Positions 47,436 through 57,923 are shown, counted from the first letter of the stretch. The stretch is 64,000 nt of DNA from an uncultured Spirochaetota bacterium (GCA_963820525.1 CAWGAA010000001.1:1088001-1152000), one strand, 5' to 3'. Program-made: numbers and translations. Notes: generated from the letters alone by a model not told the origin.

Positions 47436-48014
47436 TCAATCCTTTTTCAACGCCATGTCGATCGCATCGCAGAGCGAAGCGATTCGCTGCTCGATTTCAC
47501 GCGCCGAGCTTCCCGTCCCGATCTTGGTGGCGGCGGCGAGACTTACGTTGGCCCGATCGAGAACCTTTGAGAGGTTCGGCAGATCGTATTCCTCATAGAA
47601 CGTCATGCCGAAGCCGGTGAGCACGGCGAAAACGGGAACGGAGAAGGGCGCATTCGCTGATATGAACTCCTGGATGGGCGGGCGGATCTCCGCGCCGTAG
47701 ACCGGAGAACCGAGGACGAGTGCTTCGAAGCTTTCCTGATGGAAGGAACGCGCGCTGTTGGCCGTGATCAGGGTGACGACATAGCCCCGAGATGCCAGCT
47801 CATTCCAGGCGATTCGACCGGACGAACCGTCGGATCCCAATGTCACGGGGTCCTCGTATGCGGGCATGTCCCAGGTCTTGCAGCCTGCGCTGAAGAAGCA
47901 GATAACCGCAAGGAGAATGAGCCGTCCACGGAGAAGCCGGAGCGTGTCCACCCTCGCCGCTCCCTCGAAGAGCCCGGTGTGTGTGCGGAGGATAAGGTTG
48001 TCCTTCATAAGCAC
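47436..48014 (-). CDS. Flavodoxin-like lipoprotein (paralogue of 46017-46763, possibly internally deleted)
   Basis: SAGC lipobox; LVLGSPVYGAEIRPP..F..AN.P.S.PVFA.L.G. Confidence 0.6.
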   Translation of the reverse strand: MLMKDNLILRTHTGLFEGAARVDTLRLLRGRLILLAVICFFSAGCKTWDMPAYEDPVTLGSDGSSGRIAWNELASRGYVVTLITANSARSFHQESFEALVLGSPVYGAEIRPPIQEFISANAPFSVPVFAVLTGFGMTFYEEYDLPNLSKVLDRANVSLAAATKIGTGSSAREIEQRIASLCDAIDMALKKD

Positions 48015-48899
48015 CTACCTGAAGTTGATGATCCGGCCCAGGTCCCCGCGCCGCAGCATGATGTGCAGCACCCGCTTGAAATCCGGGGATTCGTACATGG
48101 GCTGATCGCGAAGGATGCCGTGGAGCCTCATCCCCAACCCGGCATCCACCTTGTGCGTTTCTTCCGCGACGAAATCCTTGATCCTGCTTAGATATTTCAT
48201 GTCGAACCTCAGGCTGTCCGGATTAACCAATCCCGCCTCGATGGCGGATTGGGTCTTCTTCTTGCACCGGCAGGGGTTTGCCTCGTTCATCAGGCCGCAC
48301 TTTTCGTTCATGAAATTGGCCAGCTGCTTTCTGGCCCGTGAGAGGATCTGCCGGTAGTTCTCAGGGGTCGTCTCCAGGAGGTCCCCTCCCAGCGCCGAGT
48401 CCGCGCCGAAGAATGTGCTGAGCACGAGCGCCATCCGCTGCGGCCTGTCCAGACAGAGGAGCATGCCGGACAGGCAGCCCGCCCTGGCCTCCCAGACGAG
48501 GAGCTGCTCCTCCACGGGATTTCGTCGCGGCAGCTCGGAATCGGACGGCGCGAGGCTGTCAATGAGATCAGCTTGTTTGTCGAATGATGAAAACATGCGT
48601 TCCCACGGCCGCCGCCTCATGGTGAGGACGTGATTGACCACTATGCGATAGAGCCAGGTTCTGAAGCTGCTTCTCTTTTCGAAGGTGGAGAGCTTGGTGA
48701 TGAGCTTGATGAAGATCTCCTGCACGACATCCTGGGCGTCCTGCGGGCTTCCTACCATCCGAAGCACGATATTGTAGATCCATTCCTGATGCTTTTTGAT
48801 CAGAGCTTCCAGCGCCGCCTTCTCCCCCTGCTGCGCGCGGTCAACGAGCGATGCATCGCCAATATCCCCCGAATAATCGGCGCCGAAGATATTCTCCAT
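48015..48899 (-). CDS. ECF sigma factor with a Cys-rich C-terminal extension
   Basis: DAQDVVQEIFIK, SFRTWLYRI..N, RQ.LSRAR, CGLMN..NPCRC. Confidence 0.9.
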   Translation of the reverse strand: MENIFGADYSGDIGDASLVDRAQQGEKAALEALIKKHQEWIYNIVLRMVGSPQDAQDVVQEIFIKLITKLSTFEKRSSFRTWLYRIVVNHVLTMRRRPWERMFSSFDKQADLIDSLAPSDSELPRRNPVEEQLLVWEARAGCLSGMLLCLDRPQRMALVLSTFFGADSALGGDLLETTPENYRQILSRARKQLANFMNEKCGLMNEANPCRCKKKTQSAIEAGLVNPDSLRFDMKYLSRIKDFVAEETHKVDAGLGMRLHGILRDQPMYESPDFKRVLHIMLRRGDLGRIINFR

Positions 48900-48929
48900 C
48901 TCACCGTTCTCCAATTGTCGTGACTAACA

Positions 48930-49745
48930 TTATAACACCGCCGCGTCGGTTAATGCGCCGTGAGGCGCCCCTTCCCCATACGAACAGTGCGTCACGCAGC
49001 GCGAACAGACGTGCATCGTGTGCTCGTCGAACGCCCTCTGGTTCATGAGGCGGGCGGCAGCCTTCGGGTTCAATCTCGTCAAGAGCATGAAGCGCAGTCG
49101 CGGCATGAAAGGTGTTCGCGCGGTGTGCCTGAGGCACCGCATGATGTCCACACGCCTTGCTTCTTCTGATATGGCATGCACGGGGCAGGCATCGATACAG
49201 ATGAGGCAATCCGCCGGACAGCCATGCGCATTCGTCTCGGGTATCCGCAGTGACGGAAGGTCGGCCGTCGTGACCACACCCCCCAGCATGAGGCGTGCTC
49301 CGAACTGGGAATTGAACAGCAGCCCGTTCCGCCCAATGGCGCCTATCCCGGTGAGCTTCCCCATACGGATCTGGTTCAGATGGCCCGCGACCTCACCCCT
49401 CCCATTGACCGCCATTGGCAAACAGCCGAACACGGGGGCGGCCTGCGCGCCGCACTCCTCCAGCAGCTGGGCCAACCTGAGCGAAATTGTGTCGAGGCGC
49501 CGGTAGTACAGGTTCTGGGAACGCCAGATCGTTTCCGTGGTGTAGAGCGTCTCTCGGAGCGCGCCGCGGGGCACGGGTATTCCGAAGCATATCATGCTCT
49601 GCGCGTCTGGGAGTAAATCTTGCGGACGATATCCTGGCGGTTCGTCCGCCATTGCCGCGCATGGACCCATGCCCAAAACCGGGACGCCTTCGGACTGCGC
49701 AATCGCAATGATCCCATTTGTCATTCTCTCCCCGACACTCTCCAT
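48930..49745 (-). CDS. Epoxyqueuosine-reductase-like 4Fe-4S protein
   Basis: G.GAIGRNGLL...FGARL.LG.V.T; C..C..CIDACP; C..C...C. Confidence 0.75.
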   Translation of the reverse strand: MESVGERMTNGIIAIAQSEGVPVLGMGPCAAMADEPPGYRPQDLLPDAQSMICFGIPVPRGALRETLYTTETIWRSQNLYYRRLDTISLRLAQLLEECGAQAAPVFGCLPMAVNGRGEVAGHLNQIRMGKLTGIGAIGRNGLLFNSQFGARLMLGGVVTTADLPSLRIPETNAHGCPADCLICIDACPVHAISEEARRVDIMRCLRHTARTPFMPRLRFMLLTRLNPKAAARLMNQRAFDEHTMHVCSRCVTHCSYGEGAPHGALTDAAVL

Positions 49746-49914
49746 TGCTCCCCCCTGACGGCCTGGGGCGTACGATACGCCCATCGTTGATTAGACTCCC
49801 TCTACTGCCGGGTTGTGACAAAGGACACCGTCCCTCGGAATCGCGCTTGACGACGCCGTAGGGCGGGGTTAGAGTAGCTACCGCGGCAGCGGCCCGGAGC
49901 AAGGAGACAAGGAC

Positions 49915-50490
49915 ATGGGCATGGACTCGGTACTGCTCGTCGACAACTTCGACTCCTTCACCTACAACGTCCTGCACGGTCTGGCGGCGGCGGGCGCGCA
50001 CGTGAAGGTCCGCCGAGCCGACACGATCACGCCCGACGAAGCGGAAGAGTTGGCACCCGGTCTAATTCTCATCTCGCCGGGTCCAGGCAGCCCCGAACGA
50101 GCCGGTCTCGCCTTGGCGCTCATAGAGCGTTTTGCCGGGCGGGTGCCGCTGTTTGGCGTGTGCTTGGGGATGCAGTGCCTGGCGGTGGCGGCGGGAGGCC
50201 GGGTTGGACGGGCCAAACAGCCGGTGCACGGCAAGACCAGTCCCATCCGGCATGACGGCAAGGGCATCTTCGGCGGCGTTCCCTCCCCCTTTCTTGCCGG
50301 GCGCTATCACTCCTTGTGTGTTACCGACCTGCCTGTCGACTACGAGGTCAACGCGTGGACGGATGATGGCGTCCCCATGGCCATCCGCCACCGCCGGCTG
50401 AAGCTGGCCGGCGTCCAGTTCCACCCTGATTCCTTCCTCACCGAGTACGCCCAAGCTATGTTCCGTCATGTCGTCAATCGAGATTTCTGA
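49915..50490 (+). CDS. pabA: Aminodeoxychorismate/anthranilate synthase component II
   Basis: DNFDSFTYN, ISPGPG.P, GVCLG.Q, RYHSL, GVQFHP. Confidence 0.88.
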   Translation: MGMDSVLLVDNFDSFTYNVLHGLAAAGAHVKVRRADTITPDEAEELAPGLILISPGPGSPERAGLALALIERFAGRVPLFGVCLGMQCLAVAAGGRVGRAKQPVHGKTSPIRHDGKGIFGGVPSPFLAGRYHSLCVTDLPVDYEVNAWTDDGVPMAIRHRRLKLAGVQFHPDSFLTEYAQAMFRHVVNRDF

Positions 50491-51742
50491 GGCCTGGACT
50501 CGACAGCATCGCGAGCTCGATACCCGGGACTTTTTCAGCCAAGAGCCCAAGGAGCCATTCGCCTTCCTCTACGGCGACGGACCTCTGTCTGACTGGCTCA
50601 TCCTCGGCTGGGACCCGCTCATCATCCTGGACAAGCCGGCACAAGAGCCGCTTGTCCTCGTACGGCACGGTGAAGTACCCGCCATCCGGCCTGATTTCAT
50701 TGGCCTGATAGCTTACGAGTTTGGCCGCGATCTCGAACCATTGCGGCCGCGCCCTCGCCCCGGACCTTTTCCCTTCCCCGATTTCCGTTGTGCGCTGTAC
50801 CGCAACCTCCTGGCCTACCATCGCTCCAGTCACACTCTCTTCTCTGCGAGGCGCGTGGTTGTTGGACTCCCCCAAGACGAGGCAAGGCCGCACTGCCTGC
50901 GCGCCGGGGATTTTTCCGCCCGCAAGGCGTGGGATAGCGACACCCGCTCGAGCTACGCGGCCAAGGTGGAAAAAGCCCGTGAGGAAATCGGCCGTGGCAA
51001 CGTCTACCAGGTCAACGTGACCCGCCAGGAGAGGTGGGAGACGCGCGGCAGTTATGCGCAGCTCGCCCAACGACTCTGGGCGGCCAATCCCGCGCCCTAC
51101 TCCGCCCTGATTGCAGACGCAGACCTGGTGGTCATCTCTTCGTCCCCCGAGTGCTTCCTGCGTCTCCGGGAAGGTCGCCTCTGTTCCCGGCCCATCAAGG
51201 GCACCGCGCCCCGCTCGGCCGCCGCGGCAGATGACGAACGTCTGGCCAAGGAGCTTGTCGCCAGCCCGAAGAACCGTGCCGAGCTCGCGATGATCGTAGA
51301 TCTGGTGCGCAATGATCTTGCCCGCATCTGCCGCGTGCCATCGGTAGTCGTCGACCGTTTCCCCGAGCTGGAGAGCTATGCAAACGTCCACCATCTCGTT
51401 GCAACCATCTCCGGCACGCTGCCCGCCGGCACGCCCTTGGACAGCGTACTGGCCGCCCTGTTCCCCGCCGGCTCCGTCACCGGCTGTCCCAAGCTCGCCG
51501 CCATGCAGCTCATCCACGAGCTGGAAGAGATGCCACGCGGGGCGTACACCGGCGCTATCGGCTGGTTCGCCCACGACTGCAGCCAATTGGAGCTGTCAGT
51601 AGCTATCCGAACGGCCTTTGGCGCAGGCGACAGCTTGATCTTTGGCGTCGGCAGCGGCATCGTGTGGGACTCTGACCCCATCAGCGAATACGAAGAGACT
51701 GTGCACAAGGGGAGGTCGATCGTCCAATGCTTGATCTGGTGA
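50468..51742 (+). CDS. pabB: Aminodeoxychorismate synthase component I
   Basis: YQVN, SSPE.FL, PIKGT, MIVDLVRNDL, GSVTGCPK, AIRT. Confidence 0.85.
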   Translation: MSSIEISEAWTRQHRELDTRDFFSQEPKEPFAFLYGDGPLSDWLILGWDPLIILDKPAQEPLVLVRHGEVPAIRPDFIGLIAYEFGRDLEPLRPRPRPGPFPFPDFRCALYRNLLAYHRSSHTLFSARRVVVGLPQDEARPHCLRAGDFSARKAWDSDTRSSYAAKVEKAREEIGRGNVYQVNVTRQERWETRGSYAQLAQRLWAANPAPYSALIADADLVVISSSPECFLRLREGRLCSRPIKGTAPRSAAAADDERLAKELVASPKNRAELAMIVDLVRNDLARICRVPSVVVDRFPELESYANVHHLVATISGTLPAGTPLDSVLAALFPAGSVTGCPKLAAMQLIHELEEMPRGAYTGAIGWFAHDCSQLELSVAIRTAFGAGDSLIFGVGSGIVWDSDPISEYEETVHKGRSIVQCLIW

Positions 51743-52494
51743 CCGATACAAACGTAGACCTCGCTCGCTCGGGCGCTCGGCACGGCATGGGCGCCTTTGA
51801 AACCATCCGCGCCGAAGGCGCTCGTGCTCTGCTTCTGCGCCGGCACCTGGCTCGCTTGGCCCGCGCCACGAAGTTCCTTGGCCTCCCGCCTCCGCCGCCA
51901 CCCGAGGATGTACAGGCGTTTGTCGCGAAACGCAAGCTGCTGCCGGGCAGCGGCCTGTCGCAGTTGCGTCTGGTCGCGGTCGACGAGCGGCTCATCGTCT
52001 CCACCACGCCCTGGGGTGGTGCGCCGCCCGATCCCGCCCGGCTCGTGATCTCGCCTTCGATCACGCGCTTTGCCGGTAACCCCCTGGCCCGCCACAAGAC
52101 GCTCGCCTATGCCGAGAACATCCTGCTGGCACGCGAAGCCGCCTCACACGGCTGCTTTGACGCCGTGGCCTGCAACGAGCGCGGCAACCTCACTGACGGC
52201 GGACGCTGCAACGTGTTTGCCGTCATCGCCGGCCGGGTAGTAACGCCGCCCGTGGCCGACGGCTGCCTTCCGGGCATCATCCGCGAGCTGCTCATTGAGG
52301 CGAGACTCGCCGTGGAGCAGTCGCTTACCCAATCAGAGCTGGCCGCCGCCGATGCGTGCTTTCTCACCAGCTCACTCGTTGAGGTGCTGCCGATGGCTTC
52401 CATCGTCGGCCAACCGCCGCGCTGGAGATTGGACCATCCAGCCATTACCCTCGCCCTGGAAACGGTGCGCGCTGCGGCGGCACGCGAACTCTGA
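51727..52494 (+). CDS. pabC: Aminotransferase class IV (4-amino-4-deoxychorismate lyase-like)
   Basis: G.FETIR, HL.RL, HKT..Y, LPGIIR, FLTSS. Confidence 0.75.
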   Translation: MLDLVTDTNVDLARSGARHGMGAFETIRAEGARALLLRRHLARLARATKFLGLPPPPPPEDVQAFVAKRKLLPGSGLSQLRLVAVDERLIVSTTPWGGAPPDPARLVISPSITRFAGNPLARHKTLAYAENILLAREAASHGCFDAVACNERGNLTDGGRCNVFAVIAGRVVTPPVADGCLPGIIRELLIEARLAVEQSLTQSELAAADACFLTSSLVEVLPMASIVGQPPRWRLDHPAITLALETVRAAAAREL

Positions 52495-52564
52495 GCCTGG
52501 TACCGCGGGACGCGCCGCTGGATCGTTGAATGACCTGGATGCGCGCCGCATTCAGTAGCCTCCT

Positions 52565-53040
52565 TCACCCAGAGCTCATCACGCTTTTGGCCCACGCCAC
52601 CACGTTTTCCGGCCGGATCGTGTCGTAGTCTTCTTTGCCCATGCGCCTTAGGATATGGCGCATGAGGGGTGACTCTTTCGCCATGACCAGCCTGCCGCCC
52701 AAATTATGGGCAGCGCAGGATGCGGCCAGCAGCTCGGCCGGATAGCTCGCCGTGTAGAGCGCCTGACCTCGGATTCGTTTTTGCTCCCCGAACAGACGAA
52801 CAGATGGACCTCTTTGCGGATCAGCTCGGACAGGTGCTTGCGGACAAACCGCATCACCCTCTTGTTCAGCCGGGAGGCAAAAGCGTTCGCCCCGATGACA
52901 ACCCGGTCATACGCGGCCAGGTCGGGAATCTTCCGTGAAACATCCGCGAGAGCCGCGGCATCTCCCAGGGTCTGCTGGATGAGCTCGGCACAGGCGCGCG
53001 TGGAGCCCCGGCGCGAACCATAGACGATCAGAGTGCTCAT
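52565..53040 (-). CDS. Flavodoxin-domain (HemG-like) protein with an apparent frameshift
   Basis: LIVYGSRRGST..CAE.I, YDRVVIG; C-terminus DYDTIRPENVVAWA in another frame. Confidence 0.7.
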
Positions 53041-53113
53041 TCAATCCTCCAAAAGTTGAAATGTCACATGATTAGAGGAGGACGAAAGGCGAAAAGATAC
53101 GCGCCTGACCCCT

Positions 53114-53432
53114 TCAGAAAGCGTTTATTCTCTGTTTCAGCGACTGCGGAATCTTCCACTCCAGGGCGGGGAACCGGCCGTAAAGCTCGTCCAGGTTACC
53201 CGCCGATTTCAAGGCTGCGGCTACCTCGCCGGCGAAGCTGCTGTCGCCATGGATCTCTTTGAGAGGATCTCCCCTATCTCCGCGAAGCTCAGGCCGAAGT
53301 GGCTGCGCAAGAGAAAGACGATGCGCTGTTGGGCCGTCAGAAGACCGAGGATGAAAAAATGGCATTCCCGGCGCACCTGCGCCACAAGTTCTTGGTAGAA
53401 AAGCGCCTTTTCCGGATCTGTCCGCCAGACGT
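53114..53432 (-). pseudogene. ECF sigma factor region-4 fragment
   Basis: DPEKALFYQELV..VRREC..LLTAQQRIVFLLRSHFGLSFAEIGEI. Confidence 0.6.
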
Positions 53433-53610
53433 CCAGTTCGCTGCCGGATGCGGGATTCTCTTGGCCATGGGAAGCGATCCAGTCTCGAGCGGGCGCCGCC
53501 GATCACCAATGCTGACGGCCAGCAACTGAAAGCAGCCAATTCAGGCACCGCCGATCGCCGCGTTCTATAGCCGCGACGTGAGCGGCCTGCGCGCGTGTTC
53601 ACGCGCCCGA

Positions 53611-54066
53611 TTACAGCTCCGCCTCCACGAGCTTTCGGTCCACCGCGACCCTGAAGGGGACGGCGAGCACGAACAACAGGATGAGCGCGTAGAACACGCT
53701 GATCAAAAGCATCGCGAATCCCGTGGCGATTTTCGTGTCGGAGCGCATCATCCACAGCAGGGACATCACGCCGAGCAGAGCCCCGAGGAATCCGGAAAGA
53801 AGGATGTAACGCTCTAGGGCGCGGAAGAAGACCGCCGCCGTCTTCAGCTCCGACGTCTCCACCTGACCGCGGCTGAACGCGGCGCGGAAGCTCCTCCCCA
53901 TGTCCCGCGGAGAGAACGTGGCGAAACACAGCGCCAGGACGGGTACGATCACCACGATGAGGCTCGGCACGTCCAGGAAGTATGCGATGCTCGTCACGTT
54001 CCACACGATGGCAGCCGCGATGAGCCCGATGACGAGTATCACGGCAATGAAGTAGAACCTGTTCAT
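53611..54066 (-). CDS. Short MotA/TolQ/ExbB-like membrane protein
   Basis: FLDVPSLIVVI; GFLGALLG...L; IATGFAM.LI...YA; lacks the large cytoplasmic loop. Confidence 0.6.
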   Translation of the reverse strand: MNRFYFIAVILVIGLIAAAIVWNVTSIAYFLDVPSLIVVIVPVLALCFATFSPRDMGRSFRAAFSRGQVETSELKTAAVFFRALERYILLSGFLGALLGVMSLLWMMRSDTKIATGFAMLLISVFYALILLFVLAVPFRVAVDRKLVEAEL

Positions 54067-54410
54067 AAGATCTTTCTCCTTTCGAACGAGCTCTTGATGA
54101 TGTCCCTCATGCGTTCTGCGCTCGGCAGGTAGCGTTGATACGCCTTTTCACTCCATATGGAGGCAACGGCTTCCCGAAGCGGCGTCGTCTGTCTTGACGC
54201 CGCCGGCAGGATCGCGAGGAGGCCCGCGATGACGACGGCGGCCGCGGCGCGCACCAGCAGATCGAGCGCGAATGGATGCGCACTGCGGCGGTGCCAGGAG
54301 GCCGTGAGCTCGGGGTCAGGCTCGGGCACGGCGACGCGGTCCATCTCATTCTCGAAATATTGAAACAGCAAGCCCTCTACAAACCTGTCTCTCCTCTTCC
54401 CACTATGCAT
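54063..54410 (-). CDS. Putative single-TM anti-sigma factor
   Basis: Overlaps both the ECF sigma stop and the next start; one hydrophobic helix. Confidence 0.5.
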   Translation of the reverse strand: MHSGKRRDRFVEGLLFQYFENEMDRVAVPEPDPELTASWHRRSAHPFALDLLVRAAAAVVIAGLLAILPAASRQTTPLREAVASIWSEKAYQRYLPSAERMRDIIKSSFERRKIL

Positions 54411-54975
54411 CGTCGCCCTCCAGGTGCGCGCGCATCTTCTCACGGAGCTTGTGCACGCGAAACTTGACCGTTCCGACCGGAATGCCCATGACCCTTGAGA
54501 TCTCGCGGTAGCCAAGCCCCTGATGGAACCGCAGGAAAGCGAGCTGCTTCGTATCCGGATCCACGGCTTCCATGAAGGAAGCCATGCGAGCTTCGTCGTT
54601 CTTGCCGAGAAGAACGTGTTCAGGCGTTATCTCATGGACGGGCTGCGACAGGTCGGGAAGGTCCGAGAGGGAGCTCACGTGCGGCTCCGCACGGCGGCGC
54701 CGGAGACGGTCGAGGCAGCGGTTGCGCGCGATCGCGAAAGCCCATGTCGAGAAGCTGTAAACGGGGTTGTATGAGTCGATGCCTTTGAAGAGCTTTTCCA
54801 TGATCTCCTGCACCAGATCCTCGGCCTCGGCTTCCATGCGGCAGTCGAACGCTCTGACAAAGGCGATGAGCCGCGGATATAAATCCCGCCATACCCTACG
54901 GAGGCACTCCTCTCGTGCCCTTTGGTTCGACGAAAGTGCGCGCACTATCGCAAGGCCGGCGAGCGGTTTCTCCAT
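54403..54975 (-). CDS. ECF sigma factor
   Basis: EAEDLVQE, FSTW.F.IARN..LD.LR, GLGYREIS.VMGIPVGTVK.R. Confidence 0.9.
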   Translation of the reverse strand: MEKPLAGLAIVRALSSNQRAREECLRRVWRDLYPRLIAFVRAFDCRMEAEAEDLVQEIMEKLFKGIDSYNPVYSFSTWAFAIARNRCLDRLRRRRAEPHVSSLSDLPDLSQPVHEITPEHVLLGKNDEARMASFMEAVDPDTKQLAFLRFHQGLGYREISRVMGIPVGTVKFRVHKLREKMRAHLEGDDA

Positions 54976-55479
54976 ACCCTTACCATTGTATACGCGGATA
55001 GGGGACGATGGTTGGCGAATTTTCCCGGAGCCTGGCGAAGGATGGGACGGCGCAGGATCAGCTGGGGCGCAATAACAGGCCGCCGCACGGTGGCCAGGCG
55101 AGGGGGCGCGGTGACATGCCGCCGCGCCGTCTTCATCTGCCAGGCCGCGCCTTCCTGGCCGGGGCTGCATCCGATGACTAAAGGCGAATTGCTGCCGTGA
55201 AACCCTCGAGCGCGACTCCTAAGGACGCCGCGTCGGGAATGGATTGCGCTCGGAAAAGCCGCTCTGATGCCAGTAGGAGTAGATCATCTGCCGCTCGCTT
55301 GATCGGCCGAGCAGTCGATATTCCATGTCTTCTAAAATACCGAGAGGGCGTCCGAACGGACAATGGGAGAGGTGGCCCATAGCGGCACGGCATGCAAACC
55401 GCGGATATCAGGGCAATACCCAATGTACCACGTGCCTCCCTTGCTGGTCCTTCATGCGCTCGAGGGCTATACTGTGGTC

Positions 55480-56409
55480 ATGAAACGGAAAGCCTTTGCT
55501 GCCCTCATGATCGTTGTATCCGCTTCTCTTTGGGCTTTTTCTCTGCCGCAGCCCACCGCGGAGATCAAGCGCTTCCAGGTCGACGCCATCACCCTGCGCG
55601 ATGTGACCTTCCTCTTCGAGCTCGCGGTGAAGAATCCCTATCCGGTGAGTCTCGCCTTCAATGGGATGACCCTCGCCTTCACCGTGGAAGGCGCCAAAGT
55701 CTTCACCGCCGCCAGCAAGGGGGGCTTCACGGTCACCCTTGCGTATGACGCCATCATCAAGCTGGTCAAGGACTACGTCTCCAAGGAATGGCTCAACACG
55801 GTGATCGACGGAACTCTCGTGATACCCCTCCCGCGGCTTCCAGGCGTGCCCAAGGATGTATCATTCTCGTACAAGCTGGAAAAGAAGATACCGGCCATCA
55901 AACCTCAGCTAGCAGTACTGGACTTCAAGGTGACACCCCCCTCCGCGAACCAGGTGGCTGAGGCCATCGCCAAGGCGGGAAAAAAGACCGATCCTGGAAA
56001 GGCCCTGGGCGTTTTCAAGGACATCCTGGCAGGAAAGACCCCTGCCGTGCCGGTGATCGATCCCGCGGACCTCGATGTGCCCCTCACCGTGAGCTTCACC
56101 CTGGAGATCAAAAACCAGGCCAACGGGCCTCTGTCCTTCAACAAGCTCGACTACGAGCTGTTCGTGAACAAGAAGAGCCTGGTCACGGGCGCGACATCGA
56201 GCATCGTCAGGAAGGCGGGCGCAAGTCTGGTGACCGTAACGAATGACTTCAGCTCCGCGAAGCTGTCGAAGAGCGTGAAGGAGCTGTTCTCCAGAAGGAC
56301 GGGGAATTTCACCGTCAAGGGCAGTGCCTCGATCAAGCTTCCCGATGAAATCCGAAAAGAGCCGATCCCGCTCACCTTCGACGAGTCGGGCAGCTTCTCC
56401 TTGAAGTAG
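55480..56409 (+). CDS. Secreted protein with two LEA_2/WHy-like domains
   Basis: Signal peptide; FELAVKNPYP..L and FTLEIKN..N.PL...LDYEL repeats. Confidence 0.7.
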   Translation: MKRKAFAALMIVVSASLWAFSLPQPTAEIKRFQVDAITLRDVTFLFELAVKNPYPVSLAFNGMTLAFTVEGAKVFTAASKGGFTVTLAYDAIIKLVKDYVSKEWLNTVIDGTLVIPLPRLPGVPKDVSFSYKLEKKIPAIKPQLAVLDFKVTPPSANQVAEAIAKAGKKTDPGKALGVFKDILAGKTPAVPVIDPADLDVPLTVSFTLEIKNQANGPLSFNKLDYELFVNKKSLVTGATSSIVRKAGASLVTVTNDFSSAKLSKSVKELFSRRTGNFTVKGSASIKLPDEIRKEPIPLTFDESGSFSLK

Positions 56410-56459
56410 GGCTGCTGCGCGCTCAGTCAGGATTTCGCGCGCTCGCTGGGCGCCGCTCA

Positions 56460-57905
56460 CTACCGCGCTTCGTGCGCTTTCCCGCTCCCCTTCATCGGTA
56501 TCTCGAAGTATTGCACGGCGTTGTTCCAGCAGATGTCACGCACAATTCCCCCCAGAAGGTCGTAATCTTCGGGGGCTTCGCCGCGCTCCACGGCGCCCCC
56601 CAGCATGTCGCAGAGGATACGGCGGAAGCATTCGTGGCGGGGATACGAGAGGAAGCTGCGGGAGTCAGTGACCATGCCCACGAAACGCGCAAGCAGTCCC
56701 ATGTCAGCAAGCACCTTCATCTGCTCTTCCATTCCATGGGGCTGGTCGTTGAACCACCATGCCGATCCGAACTGCATCTTTGCACGCACGCTTTCCTGGG
56801 GATAATTGCCCGTCATGCAGGCAAGCACCGCATTGTCTGCCGGGTTCAGGCAGTAGAGGATGGTCTTTGGAAGAATGCCTTCGGCATCCAGCCTGTCCAT
56901 CAAGCGGGCAAGGCTGCGGGCAAAGGGAGCGTCCCCGATGGTGTCGAAACCGGAGTCCGGCCCCAGGGCCTTGCTGAAACGGGTATTGATGTTGCGCAGG
57001 GCCCCGATGTGAAGCTGCTGGACCCACTTTTTCTCCGCGTCCATGCGGGCAAGCTCCACCAGGATGGCGGACTTGAAGACGAGCACCTCTGACGGTGAGG
57101 GGGCGCGCCCGGCGCGCGCGGCAAGAAAGATAGCGCGGGCTTCCGCCTCCGTGAAATCTTCGGCGTATGGCACCTCGATTCCGTGATCCGAGATCCTGCA
57201 GCCGCTTTGGTGAAAGTAGTCGTGGCGCCTGCGCAGGGCGTCGATCAGGCGCTGCCAGTCCGGGATCTCTATGCCGGCGGACACCGCCAGCCTGTCCACC
57301 CAGGAGTTGAAGGCGGCGGGATCCTCCACCGCCATGGCGCGGTCCGGCCTGAAGGCGGGCACTACCGTAACGCCGAAGGATTCATCCCCGCGCAAACGGG
57401 CATGGTGTTCCAGGGAGTCCACGGGGTCATCCGTTGTGCACACCACGCGCACACCCATGCGCTCGAGCAGGCCGCGCACCCGGAAATCTTCGCGGCTCAG
57501 CAGGGCCGAGCAGTCGTCATAGATCTCCCGCGCGGTGCGCGGGCCAAGGAGCTTTCCAGAAACGCCGAAGTAGCGCTTGAGCTCCAGGTGGGTCCAGAGG
57601 TAGAGCGGGTTACCAACCGTGGAGGGTACAACCTCGGCCCAGGCCAGGAACTTCTCCTGATCCGAAGCGTCTCCCGTTATCAGGCGCTCCGGCACGCCGC
57701 AGGTCCGCATGGCGCGCCACTTGTAGTGGTCTCCGCCCAGCCACGCCTCGGTAATGCTTCCAAATCTCCGGTTCTCCGCGATGTCCTTCGGCGGCAGGTG
57801 GCAGTGAAAATCGAAGATCGGCATTTGCCGGGCATGCTCGTGGTACAGCCTTTTCGCCGCGCGGCTGCCAAGGAGGAAGCCCTCATCAAGGAATCGCCCC
57901 CCCAT
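56460..57905 (-). CDS. uxaC: Glucuronate isomerase
   Basis: PIFDFHCHL, WLGGDHYKWRAMR, GNPLY.WTHLEL, FGSAWWFND, TDSRSFLSYPRH. Confidence 0.95.
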   Translation of the reverse strand: MGGRFLDEGFLLGSRAAKRLYHEHARQMPIFDFHCHLPPKDIAENRRFGSITEAWLGGDHYKWRAMRTCGVPERLITGDASDQEKFLAWAEVVPSTVGNPLYLWTHLELKRYFGVSGKLLGPRTAREIYDDCSALLSREDFRVRGLLERMGVRVVCTTDDPVDSLEHHARLRGDESFGVTVVPAFRPDRAMAVEDPAAFNSWVDRLAVSAGIEIPDWQRLIDALRRRHDYFHQSGCRISDHGIEVPYAEDFTEAEARAIFLAARAGRAPSPSEVLVFKSAILVELARMDAEKKWVQQLHIGALRNINTRFSKALGPDSGFDTIGDAPFARSLARLMDRLDAEGILPKTILYCLNPADNAVLACMTGNYPQESVRAKMQFGSAWWFNDQPHGMEEQMKVLADMGLLARFVGMVTDSRSFLSYPRHECFRRILCDMLGGAVERGEAPEDYDLLGGIVRDICWNNAVQYFEIPMKGSGKAHEAR

Positions 57906-57923
57906 TGCGCACCTCCCCTGTGT

